Shown here one piece after another: positions 58,363-64,000 of a stretch of DNA of 64,000 nucleotides. The notes below the pieces were generated by a model. That model was not told the origin of the DNA. It saw only the letters and a list, made by a program, of their open reading frames with translations, and did no database searches. The stretch is from Cyanophyceae cyanobacterium (GTDB lineage Bacteria > Cyanobacteriota > Cyanobacteriia > Cyanobacteriales > Laspinemataceae), in the NCBI GenBank assembly GCA_038321985.1, contig JBBQFN010000001.1:64001-128000 (forward strand). The letters run 5' to 3'. How positions within the stretch are numbered: the first letter of the stretch is position 1; each line of letters opens with the position of its first letter. Made by a program: the position numbers and the translations under genes.

Positions 58363-60597
58363 TTACAAGCGGCGCATGAGTTCGCTTAACAGGGAACCGG
58401 GGACTCGCGATAATGCCCGAGTTTGTCCCTCAATGCCAAATTCAGCGTAAATGGTACGAACAATCTGAACAATATAGGCCCAGGCGTTTTGATGACGTTC
58501 CGGCTGGTCTTGGGTCGCAGTCGCCCCTTGTACATAATGATGCAGGGCGGCATCGAAATGTTGAGCGCGGCAGGTAAGATCGGGGATGGCGCTGGTTTGG
58601 GTGACCAGTTGATAATGAGCCAATCCCAAGTTAGTATGGGCCGCAATAATATCAAAGGCTAAAATTCGGGGTGAAGCCGGAGAAGAAGACTCACTCCCTA
58701 CCGGCTGAGTCAGTTTCTCGCCCAAAGTAATGGCAGCATCGTAAGCCGTGATCGCCTCTTGTAAAAATTCCGCCCGTAATGCCGGTTCCGATTGAGAGTG
58801 ATTCGCTAGATGCCAATAGGCCGTCCCTAAATTATTTTGAGTAGCGGCATTCCCTGCCGGAAGGGTCTGTTCGGTTCGATACATTAAGGCAATCTGATAG
58901 GCAGCGATCGCCAACATCAGATAATCTTTGGGTTTTTCATACTGGGCTAAATTCCAATAGGCCGTCCCTAAATTATTTTGAATCATCCCATATTCTAGGG
59001 GTTGTTCAGACCGGGAGTGATGACGTAATGCCTCACTATAGGCGGCAACTGCTTGTTTTAAATTCGGCACCGCCTCCCGATGTTGGGCCAAATTCCAATA
59101 GGCTGTTCCCAAATTATTCTGAGTCGCGGCATAAGGGCGCACATCCCCATCCTGGGAGTTTACCAATTCCCCCTTGCGATAGTCTAAGGCTTGTTGGTAG
59201 GCAGCAATTGAGCGCTGTAAATTCTCCTCCCGGTCTTGATACCGGGCCAGTTCGCTATATACTGCTCCTAAATTATTCTGAATCCGCGCCCAGACGACAG
59301 GTTGGCTGTTGGCATCCAGATGTTGCAACCCCTGGAGATAAAGTTCAATTGCCTTGAATAAGTCGGCTAACTTCTCCTCGGGTTGCGATCGATACCGGCA
59401 TAGCATCCAATGACAATTTCCCAGGTCGTTTGCCACATCCCCCCATTCCGGCGCATCTTCCTCCATGAAGGCGATCGCCTGTTCATAGGCCAGAATAGCC
59501 AGGGTGAGATATTGCGGGAATAACTCCGGAGTGATTCCGGTCCCATTTTGATTCCCACTGCTACCCTTAGACAACCAATCCCGATAGAAAGAACCCAATT
59601 TTAAATAGGCATTGGCGAGTTCTCCTCCAGAGGTGGCCTGATCGTGCAATTGTTCCACCTGTTCCAAGAGTTTGAGAGGAAGGGTATTGGCCGCAGAAGG
59701 CACAAAGTTACTCTTGACATCGGCGGCAATTCGTGCATTTACCGTTGCCCAAACCAATTCCACCAGCTTTGTGGGAGGTTTCGGGGGAGATAAGGGAGAG
59801 GGGGAAAGCGCAACGGGGGTTATTCCCACTGGGAGGGGGTCTAAGGGGGAAGGTGTAGGGGCAGGAATTTGGACTGGGGGGCGACTGCCTTTAATCTCCA
59901 GGGGAGATTCGTCTAACGGTACCAATTGCCGGGTTTTAGTCTTCTGCTGGAGTAACCGGGGGCGGACCTGGGAGAGTTCCATCATTGGGGTGGGGGTGCA
60001 CTCCGGGGACTCGGCGACTGGGGTAGGTTCTCCCTCAAATTCAAATAGTCCCGTGTGGCAATGCCAAAATTGGGGTGCAGATTGGGCGATAGTGCGACAC
60101 CAGGGACGGGATACCCAGAGTAGGATGCTACAAGAAAAGAGGCGATCGCCTGCATCACTTAAGCGTCTCTCACTGGCATCTAACTCCGCCAAAAATGACC
60201 ACTGCACCGCTGGAGTGGCCTTCGTGAGTTTCTCCAACCCTACTATCTGGAACACCGGCAATGGCGATCGCAGATCGGACCGGGTATGGCGAGTGATCCA
60301 CCCTTCAATTTGGGCGATCGGATTCGGGTCCTGAAGATTTAACTCCAAACTCACCAATCGCGGGTAGTTGGATGTCCGGGTTTTCCCGTCTCCATTCTCC
60401 GGTACTTCCCCGCTTCCACAACCGGCTGTCAACTCCGCAGCTAAACTCCTTGCCAAACGGTTTCGCACCGGCAAGTCATCACAGACCGCCACAAAGATTT
60501 GATGGCGTAAATTCAGACTCAGCGCCAGTTTAAGCTGCTTGTAGGTTTGCCGATTAACGTCCAAAACTGTTAGGGGAAGAATATCCGTTACGATCAT
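58363..60597 (-). CDS. TPR repeat protein with an N-terminal degenerate NTPase-like domain and Pro-rich linker
   Basis: Repeats [IT]QNNLG[AT][VA]Y..LA...AI.AY..AL; N-terminal QIFVAVCD...ILLWV...APQFWH...LFEF. Confidence 0.85.
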   Translation of the reverse strand: MIVTDILPLTVLDVNRQTYKQLKLALSLNLRHQIFVAVCDDLPVRNRLARSLAAELTAGCGSGEVPENGDGKTRTSNYPRLVSLELNLQDPNPIAQIEGWITRHTRSDLRSPLPVFQIVGLEKLTKATPAVQWSFLAELDASERRLSDAGDRLFSCSILLWVSRPWCRTIAQSAPQFWHCHTGLFEFEGEPTPVAESPECTPTPMMELSQVRPRLLQQKTKTRQLVPLDESPLEIKGSRPPVQIPAPTPSPLDPLPVGITPVALSPSPLSPPKPPTKLVELVWATVNARIAADVKSNFVPSAANTLPLKLLEQVEQLHDQATSGGELANAYLKLGSFYRDWLSKGSSGNQNGTGITPELFPQYLTLAILAYEQAIAFMEEDAPEWGDVANDLGNCHWMLCRYRSQPEEKLADLFKAIELYLQGLQHLDANSQPVVWARIQNNLGAVYSELARYQDREENLQRSIAAYQQALDYRKGELVNSQDGDVRPYAATQNNLGTAYWNLAQHREAVPNLKQAVAAYSEALRHHSRSEQPLEYGMIQNNLGTAYWNLAQYEKPKDYLMLAIAAYQIALMYRTEQTLPAGNAATQNNLGTAYWHLANHSQSEPALRAEFLQEAITAYDAAITLGEKLTQPVGSESSSPASPRILAFDIIAAHTNLGLAHYQLVTQTSAIPDLTCRAQHFDAALHHYVQGATATQDQPERHQNAWAYIVQIVRTIYAEFGIEGQTRALSRVPGSLLSELMRRL

Positions 60598-60813
60598 CGT
60601 ATCAGGATCACGAGTGAAGCGAATAAGAGACCGAACTCTGCCGAGGGTACATTTAACTCCTGCGGCAAGTTGGCTTGAACAGATACTCTTTCCAGGATTC
60701 AGTTAAGGGTTCAGGAGGGATGACACCAGAGAGATCGTCCGGACGAATTCACAAAAGAAACGACTCAAGTCGGGACTACAAACAAAAGAAACGACTCAAA
60801 TCCTCTTCTTTTT

Positions 60814-60939
60814 GGTTCGTAGTGACGACTTCAGTCGTCCCCCAGTTTGGTAAAACCGGCTTTTCTAGGCTGTTTCTCCTGGGTTCGTAGTAACGACTGA
60901 AGTCGTTCCCCCAGTTTGGTAAAACCGGCTTTTCTAGGC
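60814..60939. repeat. Tandem direct repeat (57/58 bp) built on a REP-like palindrome
   Basis: Copies 60814-60870 and 60882-60939: GGTTCGTAGT[G/A]ACGACTnnAGTCGT...CCCCAGTTTGGTAAAACCGGCTTTTCTAGGC; partial AAGAAACGACTCAA copies at ~60756-60800. Confidence 0.85.
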
Positions 60940-60947
60940 GGTTTTAA

Positions 60948-61127
60948 CTAGCTGACGTTAGAAATTGTGGCAGCTAGGACCAATAAACCACCGACTAATA
61001 AAAGACCCAAAACCGCCTGGACCGCGTAGTTACGTTTTTCCGTGGTCGTTGGAGAGGTGGCGGTGTACATTTTCGGCTCTTTGGCAAAATTATTGAGCAA
61101 TCCGCCTTCATCTTCGCTATAGGGCAT
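60948..61127 (-). CDS. psb34: Photosystem II assembly factor Psb34 (Ssl1498 family), 59 aa
   Basis: MPYSEDEGGLLNNFAKEPKMYTA...KRNYAVQAVLGLLLVGGLLVLAATISNVS; diagnostic EGGxLNNFAxEPKxY plus one TM helix; absent from the ORF track. Confidence 0.88.
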   Translation of the reverse strand: MPYSEDEGGLLNNFAKEPKMYTATSPTTTEKRNYAVQAVLGLLLVGGLLVLAATISNVS

Positions 61128-61476
61128 TCGTTAAAACCTCAGTCTTTGTACCTACCTATTTTTACTTTATCAGATGGCGGCAAAGATCGATCCCTGGATC
61201 ATTAGCAATTTTCTGGAAGGCGATCGCTCAGTTGGACCGCTAGCATACCCGTTCCAGATTAGGCCGTTTGCAATATTCTCAAAAGGGGATGTAGTTTGTC
61301 CCGACTATTCTAAAAACAGTAAGTCGCTACAGGATTTCGCCCGTAGGGACTTAGTATTTGAAAGATTGGAAAGTTTAAAGATTATTGATGATACTTAGGT
61401 GTTGCCCCTAACCCTCTTCCGTTTGGGAGAGGATTAGGGGTAAGGGGCTCAGAAACAGAGTTTTTGTGTGGTACTT

Positions 61477-63453
61477 TTAAGGGGCGATCGTGCCACTGAG
61501 AGGAGAACTTGCACTAGCGGCAGATTTTACCGGAATCCGACCGGCGAGATAGGCGAGGCGTCCGGCTTCCACCCCTTGTGCCATTGCCCTTGCCATTGCC
61601 ATCGGATTTTTGGCGAGGGCGATCGCGCTATTAATCAGGACCAAATCGGCCCCCATCTCCATTGCTAGGGCCGCTTCCGAGGGAACACCAATTCCAGCAT
61701 CCACCACAACCGGCACTTGAGCATTCTCGATAATAATCGCAATATTGGCAGCGGTACTAATTCCCTGCCCCGACCCAATCGGAGAACCCAAAGGCATCAC
61801 TGTAGCACAGCCCACTTCTTCTAATCGCTTGGCTAACATTGGGTCTGCATTAATATAGGGCAACACGGCAAACCCTTCTTTGACTAATTGTTCGGCGGCT
61901 TGCAAGGTGCCAATCGGGTCAGGTAGCAGATATTTCGGGTCGGGAATCACCTCTAATTTGACAAAATTATTCTCTTCTTGGCCGAGTAGTTTTGCCATTT
62001 CTCGACCCAATCGTGCTACCCGGATGGCTTCCTCAGCGGTTTGACATCCGGCAGTATTGGGCAGCATCCAGATTTTATTCCAGTCGATCGCCTCGGCTAA
62101 TCCTTCATGTCCCGGTGCATTGGTTTGGACCCGACGCACTGCCACTGTGACGATTTCGCAACCACTGGCGGTAATACTCTGCTGCATCTCCTCCATTGAC
62201 CGATATCTGCCGGTTCCCGTCATCAATCGAGACCGAAACGATCGCCCCGCAATGGTAACGGGCTGATCTAAGCTCTCTAACAAAGACCCCGGGGAGGCGA
62301 CTGGGGATTTGGCGGTGGCGTAGGTAAGGGAATTGCTCATGGGAGACTCTGTGGGTTGGGGGGATGGGGTAAAAAATCGCTGACTGTTAAAATGCCCTAA
62401 CAGGGGTTCTGCATTCTCATGGAGAATCCAATCGGCAATCAATGAAGCTGTAATCGGGGCTAGTAAAATTCCGTTGCGATAGTGACCTGTGGCTAGGGTT
62501 AAATTGGCAGTGGCACTCGGACCCAGAATCGGCCATTCATCCGGGGTTGCCGGTCGATATCCCCACCAGAATTCGCTGATAGGATAATCCGCCAGGGCTG
62601 GATACAGTCGAATTGCCCGTTCTAACAAGGCTTGAATTCCCCCTGGGGTGTTCCCGGGCGTAAACCCCACATCTTCACTGGTTGCGCCGATGATAATCCG
62701 GCCATCGCGTCGAGGAACGAGGTAGGTTTCGGGTCCAAATAACACCCGAGTTAGAGGCGGTTGCTCCGTAGGGGGGACTTGCACACAAAGCATCTGGCCT
62801 TTTTTGGGATAAACCGGAATCGGCAGGAGTTGATGACTCCAGGCCCCGGTGGCTAGGACGTAGTGGGAAGCGTGTAATTCTCCGAGGTTGGTCCGCAGGG
62901 CGACTGCCTGCTGTTGTCGCTGGATAATCCCCTCAATCATCACCCCTTCGCGAATGTCGATTCCCAATTCTCGGGCCGCAATTAACAAGGCGTTGGCGAG
63001 GGCGCGATTATCCACTTGTCCATCTTCGGGAAACCACCACCCCCCGACTACCGCTTTCCCTAAACCCGGTTGGTACAGGTCAAGGTGACTTTTATCAACC
63101 CAGGTGGCGGGAAAGGCTGAGTCAGTGGGGGAGGGGATTGTGGGTGGAGATAGTTGATAAACGGGTGCGAGGATACCCCCAGGCAAATAGCCGGTGGAGA
63201 CTCCGCTGAGGTCTTCTATTTTGCTAACCCAGTCGGGGTAGAGCGATCGCGATCGCAGGCACAGATCTAACATCGGTCCCGGGGGAACGGCCTCGGCTTG
63301 GGGGGCCAGCATTCCTGCGGCTGCGTAGGTTGCGCCCTCGGCTAAAGAGCGAACACAAACCGTCACCGATACACCTCGGAGTTTAAGGTCAATGGCAATA
63401 GACAAACCAATAATGCCACCGCCAATAATAAGGATATCGTTTGATGTTTTCAT
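61477..63453 (-). CDS. thiG: Glycine oxidase ThiO / thiazole synthase ThiG fusion
   Basis: [25 protein letters not shown] (ThiO); [40 protein letters not shown] (ThiG). Confidence 0.95.
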   Translation of the reverse strand: MKTSNDILIIGGGIIGLSIAIDLKLRGVSVTVCVRSLAEGATYAAAGMLAPQAEAVPPGPMLDLCLRSRSLYPDWVSKIEDLSGVSTGYLPGGILAPVYQLSPPTIPSPTDSAFPATWVDKSHLDLYQPGLGKAVVGGWWFPEDGQVDNRALANALLIAARELGIDIREGVMIEGIIQRQQQAVALRTNLGELHASHYVLATGAWSHQLLPIPVYPKKGQMLCVQVPPTEQPPLTRVLFGPETYLVPRRDGRIIIGATSEDVGFTPGNTPGGIQALLERAIRLYPALADYPISEFWWGYRPATPDEWPILGPSATANLTLATGHYRNGILLAPITASLIADWILHENAEPLLGHFNSQRFFTPSPQPTESPMSNSLTYATAKSPVASPGSLLESLDQPVTIAGRSFRSRLMTGTGRYRSMEEMQQSITASGCEIVTVAVRRVQTNAPGHEGLAEAIDWNKIWMLPNTAGCQTAEEAIRVARLGREMAKLLGQEENNFVKLEVIPDPKYLLPDPIGTLQAAEQLVKEGFAVLPYINADPMLAKRLEEVGCATVMPLGSPIGSGQGISTAANIAIIIENAQVPVVVDAGIGVPSEAALAMEMGADLVLINSAIALAKNPMAMARAMAQGVEAGRLAYLAGRIPVKSAASASSPLSGTIAP

Positions 63454-63709
63454 TAAAATTTTAGGGTATTTTTTTTATAAAAATAGCGTTGCTCTGACGT
63501 GATCATCCCCAAGATTAGTTTAAAATTTTTCCTTTGACCGTAGGGTCAGGGCAGTGGCATATCGTTCCCGGGTGATCCTCCGATTTTATAGGATGGAGTT
63601 GCCTTAATGAATGGGAATAAACGGAGGTATAATTTAGGATAACGCCTTCTCAATTCAAGAAAAAATGTCCTTAAATTCTTAATTATTTAAAACTGAATGT
63701 CTGTGACCC

Positions 63710-64000
63710 TTAATCTTCCGCTGCCCAGACTGGATTCTCCCCTTGTCCCCAAAATCCCTCGTATTTTGTCACCTTTACATCACCTAACACTCGCGTTTGG
63801 CAGGCTAATCGGAGATTTTTTGCGGGAGAATGAGGAGGGAGAGATCGCCGCGTCCGGTCTCGCCAGTTGGGAAAAGAAACTTCCCCTTCAACCTCAACGG
63901 CACAAGTTCCACAACTGCCAATCCCGCGACAGTTAATCAGTTTAGCCTTGCCATTGTACAGGTCGGCTTCGTTGTCTAACAAAACCTGCCGGAGATTGGC
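63710..64000 (-). CDS. 2Fe-2S ferredoxin-like protein, 5' end outside window
   Basis: ANLRQVLL...NCRGIGSCGTCAV...RLACQ; frame open to the window end. Confidence 0.9.
   Translation of the reverse strand, partial: ANLRQVLLDNEADLYNGKAKLINCRGIGSCGTCAVEVEGEVSFPNWRDRTRRSLPPHSPAKNLRLACQTRVLGDVKVTKYEGFWGQGENPVWAAED

Larger units (their letters stand above)
1..64000. repeat. HIP1 octamer GCGATCGC dispersed throughout
   Basis: Dozens of copies in coding and non-coding DNA, including doublets such as GCGATCGCGATCGC (10452-10465, 63242-63255). Confidence 0.95.

Noticed and set aside
59672..60334. 220-aa + strand ORF and the many other short overlapping ORFs in the track
   Set aside because: Antisense or alternate-frame shadows of well-supported genes, with no recognisable motifs.
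60755..60939. Possible CRISPR mini-array
   Set aside because: Only two ~57-bp copies with an 11-nt gap, built on a dispersed REP-like motif; no cas genes in the window.
61477..63453. ThiO-ThiG fusion as a novelty
   Set aside because: This fusion is already known in cyanobacteria.
63454..63709. TPP riboswitch upstream of thiO-thiG
   Set aside because: No CUGAGA or ACCUGAU core on the - strand.

Overview
Chromosomal window from a filamentous cyanobacterium, probably Oscillatoriales, judged from very frequent HIP1 octamers (GCGATCGC), short REP-like palindromes and cyanobacteria-type genes. Most of it is housekeeping: ilvA, sbcD, cysH, murE, tldD, coaE, cobA-hemD, tocopherol genes hpt/vte4, ktrB/ktrA, aldehyde dehydrogenase, a short ChlH/BchH-like paralog, a Ski2-like helicase, thiO-thiG, and psb34 (missed by the ORF track). 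I found no rRNA, tRNA, CRISPR array or intact transposase. Points of interest: (1) two convergent histidine kinases with complementary defects, one with an intact ATP-binding domain but His->Gln in the H-box, the other with the His but no recognisable G-boxes; (2) a protein ending in two Tudor-knot/chromo-barrel-like domains, followed by a possible Imm5-like gene; (3) a 1998-aa (TPR-GT9-like)x3-GT4 glycosyltransferase next to FkbM and GT2 genes; (4) several unannotated relics: an in-frame CHASE3/CynA-NrtA-like chimeric pseudogene, a truncated HEPN toxin, a DUF433 tail and a frameshifted CHAT tail; (5) a long inverted repeat made of two face-to-face sigma70-like promoters. Family assignments come from reading motifs by eye, not from database searches.
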